From positions 322,276,001 through 322,340,000 of the forward strand of contig OZ024742.1 of the NCBI GenBank assembly GCA_964016885.1: 64,000 nt of DNA, written 5' to 3'. The translations under genes were made by a program, and so were the position numbers. Each line of letters begins with the position of its first letter. Within the stretch, counting starts at the first letter, position 1. Positions 38,245 through 52,535 of the stretch are shown one piece after another. Below the pieces are notes generated by a model. It searched no databases and was not told the DNA's origin. It worked only from the letters and a program-made list of their open reading frames with translations. The stretch comes from Eledone cirrhosa (taxonomy: Eukaryota).

Positions 38245-39515
38245 CATGGAAGATGGACGTTAAACGATGACAATGATACTGTATCCTGTGTGTTATAAAA
38301 GGCAACTGGTGTGAGAAAGGGCATCCAATTGTAGAAGATTGTCTCAAAACATCCCATCCAATCTATGCCAATCTGAAAAGGTTGTGAGGTTTTGGGTCAT
38401 GATACCAATTCAATAAAATGTTAATGGCTATAAACAATTAAATTACAGGGATTAAAAGCTGTCACAAGCTTTTCATGCATTTTCAGACATGGCTATATTG
38501 CAATCCATTATCTGTAGGGGGCTCTGTTTTGATACACAGGTATAGGGTATAAAACTGAATCCTCTCTGTATGACTGGAGCTTTATAATACATTTAATAGG
38601 CATCCTTGTAGAGCTCCATGGAAGGGGTTGCTTGATCATTTTCATGTCAAAATACATTTTTTCCATGCAAAGTTCTGGATGTGAACTTTCTTTTCATATA
38701 CTTTGGATTCAAATCCAACACTTACATATGCCAAGCCGCAAATTTAATACAACCATTGCCGAGGCTTAAAAGTTAACCAAAGTGTTATGAACATCAATAA
38801 AATTATTCAATTTTATTTTATTAATGAAACTTTCTCAAAATTGCATGTAGTCCTAGATTAAAAAACAAACAAAATGTGAAAACTAATTTCCGTAAGCAAA
38901 CTCATTAGTAGGAGAGAGAAAAAAAACTAAATCGGCACTACTTGTGAAAATGTAAACACTACCGCACATTATTCGATTGTATTCAAAATCGGAAAGAAAA
39001 AACATCACATAGGACTTTAATAGTCTAGAAAATAATATTCATTGCACAATAATTTTTATTGGTGAAATTTGAGCAATATTTCTCAGAGAAAAAAGGAAAT
39101 TCTGACCCTGCTCTCCACATGTTAAAACAGCAAGAGGGAATAAACAACATTCTCAATATGAAGATTCCATGCTAATTTGGGACTCTAGAAGACTTAATGG
39201 GGCTCAATTTAGTGCATTTGTCATAGAAATATATGTTTACTTAGCAATTAGTTATAATAATTGTTTCTACTTTAGGCACAAGGCCAGCAATTACCCAGTG
39301 CATTACTGGTACTTTATTTTATCGACCCCGTAAGGATGAAAGGCAAAGTCAACCTCGGCAGGATTTGAACTCAGATCGTAAAGGGACGTAACTATGCTGG
39401 AAAGCATGGCGTCCGACCCTCCACCGATACTGCCAATCCACCGCCCTTTTTTTTTTCGCGACGCCGTGCGACGCACGCAGCGAACTGCAAACGGCACTGC
39501 CGGCATCTAATTAGT

Positions 39516-39550
<35 letters not shown>

Positions 39551-40045
39551 AATTATTGTGTATAGTGCTCAGGTGCACTACAACTCGTCAAGTACATAGT
39601 ACATAGAATAATATACAAACGCCAGGGAAGTGATAGTGTATGAGTCATGATATACATGTGTGCATGTGTATGGAGGGGGAATATTAGGTGTAATGCTGGC
39701 GAATCTCAGGAAACATGGAGGTTTTAAAAGATTCCGTTTATTTCTTGAAATTCTGGCTCAAATTCAATATTAGAAGCATTGGATTCGTGTTCAGTTTCAG
39801 CGCTCGCCACACAGAAATACGCCATTTTGACAAGTAGCATCAATATGCATTACGAACAGCTATGGTATTCCTCTTTTTATTGACTTTGCGCTTTTGTGCC
39901 ATCTTGTGGCCAGAATCGGAAATGCCCGTATTGAATTTGCAAGAAATATTTCTTTCGTTTGGTATAAAAATCATGTCCAACATTGGAAAATGGATATAAA
40001 AGCAATAATAGTGATGATGAGGATGATTATATATATATGTCTTAC

Positions 40046-40085
40046 CACAGTGACTTCGTCTCCACTCACATCAACATCTGGACGT
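40046..40085 (-). CDS. EXOSC9: EXOSC9 coding exon 6 (RPDVDVSGDEVTV)
   Basis: ctttccag / GTAAG; 40 nt; continues HFR-RPDV in frame. Confidence 0.93.
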
Positions 40086-41574
40086 CTGGAAAGAAATAAA
40101 ATAAATTTCTATTTTAGAATATTACAATAACCTTTTCCTGTTTATATTTCAAATAAAACAGACTTTTTAATTCATTTTCAGCATATTGTATTTTCCAGTG
40201 TATAAGATGCACTTTTTACTCCTTCACTCTCTCCCTATCCTATTTTTTACGTCAAAATTTGCCCACATAGAGGGTATGATTACAAAAATAATATATTACA
40301 GAGAAACCAAGTATAAGAAGTATAAGTAGAGCTGAATATAAACTTTTTTCTAAACTATGGTAATGAAGATTTGGGGAGAGCCTTTAACCTCTTTGACACC
40401 AGCCCACCTAAAACAACCTTTGTTTTTGTTTTGCTTTTAATACAAAACATCCAATTTTAAACGTTTATATTAAAATTGTGGTACGACGAACTTAGCAGGG
40501 ATTGTTGCAAGAGAAGAAGACAATGGATTGCAAACATGATGGGAATAGAGCCAGTCATAAATGTGAAGTAAAATGAAATGAGATGGTTGGGTCATATGTT
40601 GAGAAAAGATGAAAGTGCCTGGGTGAGGAATGACGTCAATGATCAATGTTGTAGAGGGAAATAAGATGGTTCAGTCATGTTTTGAGGAGGGATGAAAGTG
40701 ACTGGGTTAGATGAATGAATATGGAAAAATGTAGAAGAGGAAGACCACGAAAGACATGACTGAGGATGATAGAATAGAAAATGAAAGCTGGGTGGCTGTG
40801 ATAGTGATGTAGCATATAGAACAAAAGGAAGGAATGGCCTTAAAATGCCCCTGGTTGTTGTCCTATCCCTCTATGGGTTTGACAACTGTTAATTTCAAGA
40901 GAGAGAAATTTGATTTTGAAAGACTTGTTAGCAGAGTTACCTCCCTTGTAGCAATACTGAAACTAAAACCGGTGAGATAAATGAAAATATTTACAAACTA
41001 GACACACAAATGTGTGCATGTATATAGATATATAGATATATATATATATATATTTATTCCTTATGGAATTTTACCAATTACTATACCAACTCTGCACTTA
41101 AACATATATCATGTAGTACCCTGATCTGTGGTTTTCCTGGTCTCCATACAAACAAACATTTTGTGTGTACCCATGTCTGTGTTTACGTTTGTAGTTTGTT
41201 TATGTCTTATAAATTGGCAGTCCAGCAAATAGAGATCAATAAAATAAGTGCCAAATTTAGAATAAAAAAGCACTACAGTGAAATTCCGTTATAACGAAAT
41301 TCACGGGGTATAAAAAAAATTTGTTGTAACGAAAAATTCTTTATAACGAGATTGACCGAAACAAATTGAACGCGTGGGCAGGGATGGAATTTTACCTGTA
41401 GTATTAATATGATTGACTAAATCCTTTGAAGGCTGCATCCTAGCATGGCTACAGTCTAATGATTGAAACCAGTAAGGGAATAAAAACAAAATAAGATATT
41501 CTATTTATATCCCTCTCCTCCATAAATCTGGGGTATTTTGAACCTTATCAAAGGAAACCTTTTGAAATACATAC

Positions 41575-41672
41575 CTGAAATGTGCCAGAGATGTTATAGC
41601 AGCAATACTTGCAGCATCTGTCAAATTACCATCATGATTCAAAACATGGAGATCAACTCGAATTATCCACAC
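41575..41672 (-). CDS. EXOSC9: EXOSC9 coding exon 5 (VWIIRVDLHVLNHDGNLTDAASIAAITSLAHFR)
   Basis: tttttcag / GTAT; 98 nt; LNHDGN..DAASIA motif. Confidence 0.95.
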
Positions 41673-42945
41673 CTGAAAAATTAAGATTTATTACATCATT
41701 ATTATTATTGATGCTGTTGTTATTATTATCATTATCGTCAGGGCAGTGGATTGGCAGTATCGGTAGAGCATTAGACACCATGCTTTACAGCATGAGTTAC
41801 GGCCCTTTGCGGTCTGAGTTCAATAACGCCGGGGTTAGCTTTGCCTTTCGTCCTTACAGGGTTGATAAAATAATGTACCAGTAATGTACTGGGGTTGATT
41901 TAATCGACTTTCCCCCACCCCCAAAATTGCTGGCCTTGTGCCTAAATCAGAAACCATTATTATTATTTGTCTTTTTGAGGGTGGTGGATTGGCAAAAATC
42001 ATTGGCTTTGTGTCTAAATTAAAAACCATCATAATTATAGTTATCATTAGTCATATTTTTATTGCAAGCTGTGGACTTGGGGTATGTCCAGTGCTTTGTT
42101 TTTGATGGTGTTGTTTCTAATGTTTCAGAAGTACTCTATATAATATATGTTTTAGAGTCTAGTTGTGCTATTTCCAAAGACCTGGAGTTAAACTACTAAA
42201 CAACAGCCCCTTGAACAATACTACTACTTCTAACTTCCAGCTTCCACCAACAACAATCATATAATGTCAGCTTTTCTCTACTCGTAGTATAGGCTGGATC
42301 ACAGACCGAGTCAGCATGCCACTGTTGGAGCCACTGTCCTTACAGACAGGCCAGGAGCTACATCTTTCTTATGTATACTCCTACATTTTACAGAATGCAC
42401 TGAGTGCATTTTATCATGACACAAGCACTAGGAAGGTTGTCATGCCCTTGACATAACTGAAAAGTCATCTCAACCCTATGTTTCGTCAGTTTTCTACAGT
42501 TAGACGCCCTTCCTAACACCAACCATCCTCTCTAAAATATTTGAAGATCAATTTCTTTGGCAACGCTACACCTAGTTGTGAAGAAAAATGGAATAAGCTG
42601 CCTGGATCATGTGTTGAAGAAAGATTAAAGTGATTGGGTGTGAAGAGTGATGGAAATGTGTGTGGATGAAGTAGAGGAAGGGGGAAATCAAGATATAGCT
42701 AAAGATGAAAGCCAGGAGATTTGGTGAGGGGAGATGCAAATGATAGGGCAATATAGAGAGGCTTGTCATGGAGGCCACACAAGGCTCAGCTCTGCTTTGG
42801 CAGAGAAAATAGCTTTAAATTCATTGTTGTCAATGTTATACCATGAAGTAGCATTGATAAATACACATTGAATAATGTGGTCATCCCAGATACACCATGT
42901 CTGAAATAAAAGACAAGATGGTCATGGCTGGAGCACCTTTGATCA

Positions 42946-43133
42946 CAGTGGTTCCCAAAGTGGGTTCTGCAGAACACAAGGTTTCCATAAAAGAGTGTCT
43001 GGGGTTCCATGAAAAAAAAGGTTAGAGGGGTATATTTATATTACAACCATATAACAGTATTAGACTTTGAGGTTCCCCCAAAAGTTTCTGAACCAAAAAG
43101 GGTTCCGTGTTTGAAAAAGTTAGGGAAACCCTG
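42946..43133. mobile_element. hAT (Charlie-like) MITE, degenerate
   Basis: cagtggttcccaaagt ... agttagggaaaccctg ends. Confidence 0.55.
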
Positions 43134-44409
43134 GTCTAGATTGACCTAAACAACAACACTAGCGAGGGTGTCTCTACACAGTCTCTTGACTAGCTAAAAA
43201 TAGCAGCCAAATTTCCTTCAAATCATACAGCCTTTGGAGTGAGAAAGTGTTATAGTACTACTAGGTCAATATTTGGCATTGCTACACCCAATATTGATGC
43301 AGTTATTTACAATACTGTAACTGTTTCAGTCAGTATTACAATCTTGTATCTGTCTACACACACACATACACACTCATATATACATATATATGTGTGTGTG
43401 TGTGATGATATACAAATATATCATATACATCAAAGGCAAATATTTTACACGTACACACTCTCTATATATATTATATATATCATCATTTAATGTCCATTTT
43501 TTATGTATGTGTATGTATGTATATGTATATATGTGTGTGTGTCGTACCGATTACAACTATTTTACATATGCACACACACACCATACCAATGACTACAACC
43601 ATATTTACTATCACAATATAATGCAATCTTCATAATCCCCACCACTACTACTACTATGAACTACCACCACTACTACGACTACTTGTATGAACTACTATCA
43701 CTACTACTACAAACTACTATCATTAAAACCATCTCTATCTACACCTCAACAAACACTTACTCTACCACTTCAATTCCACTAGAACTAATTCCATCACCAC
43801 AATCACTTCCAATACTACAACCATCTCCTCAACTACAAAAACTTCCACTCCCAGTACTATCAGCAGGGCATAGTGGTTAGAGTGTTGGACTTACAATCTT
43901 ATGGTTGAAGATTTGATTCCTGAACTGGACAGCATGTTGCGTTCTTGAGCAAGAAACTTCATTTCAAGTTGCTTTCCATGATCGGAGTGGAGCCCCTATC
44001 ATTAAAACACTTGGGAAAATTCCCATGAGATGCAGCCTTGCATGAGTGTGAGGAGCAAATTTCATTTCATACTACTGTAACCACCACCAACACCACCAAC
44101 ACCACTACAATCCCCACCTCAATTACTAACTTCAACACCACCATAATCATTGTAACTACTACTACTACTACTACTAGGATTATTTCACAGCTCTAACCAC
44201 TAACATCGCTAATCTACTACTACCATCACTACTACTACTGCTGCTACACCCACTACTACTACTACTACCACACCAATTACCTTGTCATCTTTACTAACAA
44301 AAGCACCACCACCACAGTGTAGCAGAGCTAAATCAATTGTGATTCATTGCTGACAATCAATATTGTCGTATTGTTAATGTTCTTATATAAGTCATATACA
44401 AACACATGA

Positions 44410-45095
44410 ACCCACACAGACATACACACAGATATACAGAGGTAAACACACAGTCAGACACATACACTGAGGCAAACACACTCACATACAGACATACACA
44501 CTCACATACTGAGGTAAACACACAGACATACACACTCAGATACAGAGGTAAACACACAGTCAGATACATATACTAAGGCATACACACTCACAAACAGAGG
44601 TAAACACACACACATATGGAGGTAAACACACAGACATTCACACTCACATACAGAGGTAAACACACAATCAGACACATACACTAAGGCATACACACTCACA
44701 TACAGAGGTAAACACACAGTCAGACACATACACTGAGGCAAACGCACTCACATACAGAGGTAAACACAGTCTGACACATACACTGAGGCAAACGCACTCA
44801 CATACAGAGGTAAACACTCACATACCGACATACACACTCAGATAGAGAGGTAAACACAGTCAGACACATACACTGAGGCAAACGCACTCACATACAGAGG
44901 TAAACACAGACATACACACTCAGATACTGAGGTAAACACACAGACATACACACTCAGATACAGAGGTAAACAGTCAGACACATATACTGAGGTATACACA
45001 CAACAGACATAGAGGTAAACACATACACACACATATATACATACATAGACATACACACTCAGACGTACACAGACACATAGAGGTATACCCACACA
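44410..45095. repeat. Degenerate CA-rich minisatellite built on gaggtaaacaca and gacatacacactca
   Basis: Recurring motifs at irregular spacing. Confidence 0.85.
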
Positions 45096-45799
45096 CACAC
45101 ACACACAAATGGATGACAAATTCCCATAAAAACCAGCCCAAGGTAGGTGCCACGCAGTGGAATAGAACTTGAAGCCACGTGGTTGCAAGGCACTAGTCAA
45201 CACTAGGCTATAGTAGAAGACATTTACCCAAGGTGCCACTTAGTGAGAGGGAACTTGAAACCATGTGATCATGAAGTCCTCTCCAGCACAACCTGCATCC
45301 ATGCATAGTCTTCTTTCATCATCTCTTCTTTGAGGTTCAGCATTTCGAGATTTATTCTTACCTGTTCTGTCCGAGTCTTTCTCTACTACAGCTTCCTTCC
45401 ACTGGGTTTCTCCTGGCACTTCTTCACTCAATGATCATCATCCATATACATCATATACCAGTGCAGTTTTCTCTCTTGCACACTATATTTGACTCTTCTT
45501 ATACAGTTTTTTCTCAGCTCAGCCATGGTTCATCATTCATGCACATTAACATCACACATCCATTGAAGCATGCCCACTTCCTTTCTCTCCAGCCTTCACA
45601 TATTTTCTGCAGTCACTGCTCATGTCTCACTAACATGTAACATCACATTTCACATATCATCTGCATTAATTTCCCACATCTCACTACAATGTCACATCAC
45701 ACTTCACGTGCAAACATCATATAGCCAACCTTTCATTCATAGAGAGTAAGCTTTTGTTGACTTCCCCTTCCCATCCCCAACTAAAAAAAAGCAACTTAC

Positions 45800-45902
45800 C
45801 TTCTCTCCGGCAACGATACAAAGTGATTCAGTATCTAAACAGCGTGACTCTTTCAAACATCTTTCCATTAATCGGTTCACATAAACACCAAATTCTGAAA
45901 GC
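45800..45902 (-). CDS. EXOSC9: EXOSC9 coding exon 4 (LSEFGVYVNRLMERCLKESRCLDTESLCIVAGEK)
   Basis: gatag / GTAAG; 103 nt; NRLMERCL...DTESLC.VAGEK motif. Confidence 0.95.
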
Positions 45903-47530
45903 CTATCAAGACCAGTTGTAGAAGGAAGGGAGTAGAATAGTAAACACATATGTTAGAGAATGGCATAGAAAAAGAGAGGAGAGCAAACAATGTGGTTCTA
46001 GGTTCAATCCCAGTATAGTAACATAAGCAAGTGTCTTCTATCATAGTCTCAGGTCAAGCAAAACCTTGTGAGTGAAATTTGGTAGATATAAGGTGATTGG
46101 TGTTGGGAAGGGCATCCAGCTGTAGAAACCATACCAAATATGAAATGTATGAGTAAGATGAGGTTTCTCCAACCTGTCTTGACTCAGACAGTGATAACCT
46201 GTCCAACCCATGCCAGCAAGGAAAGCAGATGATGATGTAAGCTGTGAGGAAGCTTAAATTGACTGCACCTGTAATCTAAAGGTGGAGAGAACTAAGGCAA
46301 TTTAGAATAATTTGTTCTTCACAGAAACAATGAAAAGCCAACACTAGATTTGATGGTGGGGTGTAACTTGAGGAAGATTTGGCTGCTATTTTTAATAGGT
46401 TAGTTTGTTACAGACAGCATTAGAAGAGTGGTAGGTGCAAGTTAAATGAAAAAACAAATGAAATGAAAGCAATTAAATTTACAGCTCACACCTATGTTGG
46501 CCTCCTCCAAGGTCACATCATATAGGAGGTTGCTCATCATCATCATCGTTTAATGTCTATTTTCCACGCTACCATGGGTTAGACAGGTTTGTCCCATTAG
46601 AGGCAAGTTGGGTCAGGTGACCGTGTCTCGCTCATATAGAACTGTTTCTGGCTGGATGCCCTTCCTAACACCAACCACAATTACAGTGTGGGCTGGATGT
46701 TTATGGGTTTTAATAATAGGGGGCTCAATCCTATAATGAAAAGTAATATGAAATAAAGCATCTTGCTCAAGAAAACCCACTGCCCAGTTCAGGAATCAAA
46801 CCCACAGCCTTATGATCATGAGTCCTTAACCACCAAACCATGTGTTTTCACAGGATGTAATTTGAAGGAGATTTGGCTACTATTTTTAATAATTTGAACT
46901 AAATAACCACATAGCAGTTCATTACTTTGCAGTAGACAGCTTCAGATGAACAGTAGTGTGCAATTTGTGGGAGATTTAGCTGCTATTTCTAATAGGTTTC
47001 TTTGTCATAAACAGCTTCAGAGAAACAGTAAAGTGTAATTCGAGGTAGATTTGGCTTACTATTTCTAATAGGTTGAACTAAATAACAAAGTAGAAACTCT
47101 CTAACTTGTAGAAAGCTTCAGAAAAGCAGAGGAGTATAATGAGGGAGATTTAGCTGCTATTTCTATTAGGTTTGTTTATCATAGACAGCCTCAGAAAAGA
47201 AGGTGTAATTTATGGCAGACTTCACTGCTATTTCTAGTACTTTAGTTTGTCATAGACAGCATCAGTAGAGCAGTAGGGTGCGGGTTAACACTTTAGCATT
47301 TAAACCAGCCATATCCAGCCAGTATTCTCTCACTTCTTTCTGTTCAAACTGGCCACTCATACTAACGTTAAAATATTGTTCTCAAAATAAATAATATCAA
47401 AATCTCATAGATTCGATATTATGTGAAATAAAGCCTTTACCACGGAAATACAATAGTATATATAGAGTAATGTAAATGCTAAAGGGTTAATCCTATAGTG
47501 AAATGTCAAAAAAATTGTTGGTTATCTTAC

Positions 47531-47650
47531 CGTCCAGGTTCAAATGCGGGTGATGCCATTGGAGAGAGTTCCACATTAACAAAGAGGACGCCATCAGTGG
47601 GACGGTTCAATTTTGGTTGGCCCACAGTGGCTGTTACTTGGGCCAAAACT
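47531..47650 (-). CDS. EXOSC9: EXOSC9 coding exon 3 (VLAQVTATVGQPKLNRPTDGVLFVNVELSPMASPAFEPGR)
   Basis: ttttcag / GTAAG; 120 nt, phase 2-2; ELSPMA.PAFEPGR is typical of RRP45. Confidence 0.95.
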
Positions 47651-48944
47651 CTGAAAATATTGACAGATAACGTTAGGAAGGAAAGGAAACATCAAGTAGG
47701 AGGGAAATATATAAATCATCATCGTCATCGTTTTTATGTCAGCTTTTCCATGCAGGCATGGGTCAAATACAACTTTTTGAGGCAATGTTTTACAGCCAGA
47801 TGCCCTTCTTGGCACCAACTCTTTTAGTTGCATCTTATGACAAATAGAGATACAGTGTACCTATTCTAAAAGAGATACATACAGCCTGATATAAATAAAA
47901 ATGAACAAATATATTACATGATAAATAAATGTATATACTGATGCACTTAGTAAACTCTTTAAAATGGTAATGTTGGTGCCACGATAAAATGCACCCAGTA
48001 CACTCTATAAAATGGGAGTGCTGGTGCCACAATAAAATGCACCCAGTTCACTCTGTAAAGTGGTTGTCCCAATTAAATGCTCCTGGTGTACCCTTTAGGG
48101 TGTGGGAATATACGTAAGCAAGATGCAGCTCCTAGCCTGGCTAAGAGATCAGTAGCTCCAATAAGTACCTACTTTGTCTATGATAACCTGTGCAACCCTT
48201 ACTAGCAGGGAAAGCAGAAATTAAATGATGATATCTTTGTTCTGTCAAGGCAGAGTATCTGTGTTTGTACACATTAAAATAGTGTGCCAAGTTCTTCTTC
48301 ACCCACTTATTCTTGAGAGGGTCATGGGGGAAGAGTCCTCAAACACTCCTTCTAGCGGGTCCTGTCAGAAGCAAGCATCTCCAACTGATCCGGCTGGATC
48401 CCCAAGCGTGATCAGCCAAGCTCATGGATGTTATCCAACCATCTTCTTCGGGGTCTACCCCTGGGTCTCCTGCCGGTTGTTTTTGCCCGTAAAATCTGTC
48501 AAGCGATTCTTTCCCGGGACATTCTACAGTCACCTCATCACATGACTCAGCCATCTCATTCCATTTCTCTTTACAACATTCATCACTGGTTCTATTCCTC
48601 TCACCCAGTCACTTTTATCCTCCTCCACACATGACCCAGTCATTTCATTCCATTTCTCTTCCCAACCTTCATTGCTGGCTCTAGTCCTCTCACCCAGTCA
48701 CTTTTATCCTCCTCCACACATGACCCAGTCATTTCATTCCATTTCTCTTCCCAACCTTCATTGCTGGCTCTAGTCCTCTCATCCAGTCACTTTCATCTTT
48801 CCTCCACACATGACCCAGTCATTTTATTCCATTCCTCTTCACAACCTTCATTGTTTCAACCCAGTTTTTTCTGTCCTTCCTCAATACAAGACCCTGTCCA
48901 TCTCAAGAACAAGGAGAGATACCAGTAAAAGACTAAAAAATTAC

Positions 48945-49039
48945 CTGGTTTTACCAAGTTCTACCTGGCAGCAGCCTCTTTCCACACCAAATGTGATCTT
49001 TAGTCGGCGGTAATCATAAGGTTGGCGACCATCAATTCT
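48945..49039 (-). CDS. EXOSC9: EXOSC9 coding exon 2 (RIDGRQPYDYRRLKITFGVERGCCQVELGKTR)
   Basis: tttccag acceptor, GTAA donor; RxDGR motif of RNase PH-fold exosome subunits; 95 nt. Confidence 0.95.
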
Positions 49040-50073
49040 CTGGAAATATACGAAAAGTGGAAATGGTTGAATGACATGAAAGAACATACACTAATGAGAT
49101 GGTGGTGGTGATGATTATGATGATGATGATGGTTATCAAGATGTTGGTGATGATTATGTTGAAAGTGACTGTATAAGAGGAGCAATAGTGGCAATGATGA
49201 TCATGATGATGGTGATGGCTATGATCATAGCGATGAGAGGGTTATAAAGAGTGTACTGGCTGCAAGTGGTTAAAAAAGGGAAATTGATGGACTTGTATCA
49301 GATCAATATAGGATAAGTTTCATCTTCAAAGTTTGTTGATCTGATGTTCCATTGGAATGTTAACTTCCAAATAATGTTGAACCCAGACAAAACAGTTAAG
49401 GAGGAAACTGACATGGAATGATGGTGGTGGTGGTAGGGAGGTGTTGGTGGTAGTGAGGTGGTGGTGATAGGGAAGTGGTGGTGGTAGGGAAGTTGTGGTG
49501 GTAGGGTGGTGGTGGTAGGGAGGTGGTGGTGGTGGTAGGGAGGTGGTGGTGGTAGGGAGGTGGTGGTGGTAGGGAGGTGGTGGTGGTAGGGAGGTGGCGG
49601 TGGTGGTAGGGAGTTGCTGATGGTAGAGAGGTAGTGATGGTAGTGAGATGGTGGTGATAGGGAAGTGGTGGTGGTAGGGAGGTGGTAGCAAGATGGTGGT
49701 GGTAGCGAGGTGTTAATGGTGGTAATGAGTGTGTGTGTGTGGGAGGGTGATGGAAGGGAGGTGTTGATTGTAGCTGGGTGGTGGAAGGTTTAAGGTTAGA
49801 ACAACAAACTGATATATACAATAGACCCATCTAACCAGCGTCAACAGGTAAGATATACCCACCCACACATATACATGTGTGGGTGTATCTTACCTGTCAA
49901 TGGTGAACAATGCCTAATGACAATATAATGATGGTGATGATGATAATAGTGATGATAGTATCAGTAATAACAACAATCTCATGATCTCTACTAATGAGTA
50001 TCAAAAGACAATCATATTAGTACCATTGATAGTGAAAACAATGTGTGTCTGTCGGTGTGTTGACTTCATATAT

Positions 50074-50119
<46 letters not shown>

Positions 50120-50785
50120 TTGAATAAAATAACAAGAGGCCTGGACTCATGAAATTCCTTCAAAGTTTTATTGTTGCAAACACTATATATATATTTCAGT
50201 GGCCAGGCTAAGTAGAATCCTGGTGACATCATCAGGTGTATATTGCATAATAGTTACACAATAAAGGAATTATGATAAATACAATCTGAGAGGTTACAAG
50301 GAGAGAAGACAGTGAAATTAATAGCAAAAATTTGACTTGTGGCAGTCTATGGATTAAGTGTTGATAGCTCGATTGAGTTGCGTAATGTTGAGTGCTTTTC
50401 CTACTATTACATCATGGTTAACCATACAGAATGACCAGTTCTATCCAGTGGGGAATCACCAAACTTCGATGTGTAAATATATGTATATAATATATACTCT
50501 CTCTCTCTTGATCGTAAAGTCCCACAAGAGTGTCCAGTCTAATTTTTTCAGACCTTCTCTGGTTTGTACTGATATCATTTCTTAGTAGTTGCAAGCCCAT
50601 ATTTCTTGCATAAAGACTAATGGAGGTGTTAGCACACTTTATCATGACACCTTTTATATTCCCTTTGTATGAGAATGCCACAGGCACTCACGATGTGTGT
50701 CACACTTGCCCCCTTCTTCCCATACAACCTATTAATATATATATTTTTTAAAAACATTATTGACAAGAAAATCCCATTTCTTTAG

Positions 50786-51795
50786 CCCTACGTATACCCC
50801 ACTACCCAGAGCTTAACAAATGCTGCCAGTTACCCCTACATATACCCCACTACCCAGAGCTTAACAAATGCTGCCAGTTACCCCTACATATACCCCACTA
50901 CCCAGAGCTTAACAAATGCTGCCAGTTACCCCTACATATACCCCACTACCCAGAGCTTAACAAATGCTGCCAGTTACCCCTACATATACCCCACTACCCA
51001 GAGCTTAACAAATGCTGCCAGTTACCCCTACATATACCCCACTACCCAGAGCTTAACAAATGCTGCCAGTTACCCCTACATATACCCCACTACCCAGAGC
51101 TTAACAAATGCTGCCAGTTACCCCTACATATACCCCACTACCCAGAGCTTAACAAATGCTGCCAGTTACCCCTACATATACCCCACTACCCAGAGCTTAA
51201 CAAATGCTGCCAGTTACCCCTACATATACCCCACTACCCAGAGCTTAACAAATGCTGCCAGTTACCCCTACATATACCCCACTACCCAGAGCTTAACAAA
51301 TGCTGCCAGTTACCCCTACATATACCCCACTACCCAGAGCTTAACAAATGCTGCCAGTTACCCCTACATATACCCCACTACCCAGAGCTTAACAAATGCT
51401 GCCAGTTACCCCTACATATACCCCACTACCCAGAGCTTAACAAATGCTGCCAGTTACCCCTACATATACCCCACTACCCAGAGCTTAACAAATGCTGCCA
51501 GTTACCCCTACATATACCCCACTACCCAGAGCTTAACAAATGCTGCCAGTTACCCCTACATATACCCCACTACCCAGAGCTTAACAAATGCTGCCAGTTA
51601 CCCCTACATATACCCCACTACCCAGAGCTTAACAAATGCTGCCAGTTACCCCTACATATACCCCACTACCCAGAGCTTAACAAATGCTGCCAGTTACCCC
51701 TACATATACCCCACTACCCAGAGCTTAACAAATGCTGCCAGTTACCCCTACATATACCCCACTACCCAGAGCTTAACAAATGCTGCCAGTTACCC
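50786..51795. repeat. Essentially invariant 48-bp minisatellite, about 21 copies, in EXOSC9 intron 1
   Basis: Unit taccccactacccagagcttaacaaatgctgccagttacccctacata; printed lines repeat every 240 nt (5 units). Confidence 0.98.
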
Positions 51796-52254
51796 TGAAA
51801 GAAACCAACAATTAATAGACACTTGAAACATACATTTGATAGTCTTTATAAGAAAGAATAACGATAGGATAAGAATGATGGCGCTGGTTATGTTGATGTT
51901 CACAATGATGATGATGTTTACAATGATGGCGCTGGTTATGTTGATGTTCACAATGATGATGATGTTTACAATGATGGCGCTGGTTATGTTGATGTTCACA
52001 ATGATGATGATGTTTACAATGGTCGTATCAACTATGACGACAATGGTGCGACTGATTATGAGTTCTTTATTGAAATTGGAAATGATAATGTTGATGATGG
52101 CTATGGTGTTAATAATAACAACGATAATGATGATGATGAGGATGATGTTGCTGATGATGAAATTGAAGATGATGATGATGATAACTATGATAGTGGTGAT
52201 GATAATAAATGTTATGAAGAAGATGAAAATGGTGATGATATTAATGATGATACT

Positions 52255-52535
52255 AATGGTGATGGGAATAACCTTGATAGTGGGCACAATGATAGTGATA
52301 ATGATGGTAATGGTGATGGGAATAACCTTGATAGTGGGCACAATGATAGTGATAATGATGGTAATGGTGATGGGAATAACCTTGATAGTGGGCACTATGA
52401 TAGTGATAATGATGGTAATGGTGATGGGAATAACCTTGATAGTGGGCACAATGATAGTGATAATGATGGTAATGGTGATGGGAATAACCTTGATAGTGGG
52501 CACAATGATAGTGATAATGATGGTAATGGTGATGA
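52255..52535. repeat. 54-bp tandem repeat, about 5 copies, within a (GAT)n-rich tract
   Basis: gatgggaataaccttgatagtgggcac recurs every 54 nt. Confidence 0.9.

Noticed and set aside
49843-49897. Short inverted repeat with AGGTAAGA on both strands
   Set aside because: A short stem in a CA/TA-rich tract with no upstream exon that I could support.
50418-50687. 89-aa ORF as a nested gene in intron 1
   Set aside because: No recognisable motif or supporting exon structure.
50786-51795. CRISPR array or coding repeat
   Set aside because: No spacers, and the gene-strand unit has stops in all three frames.
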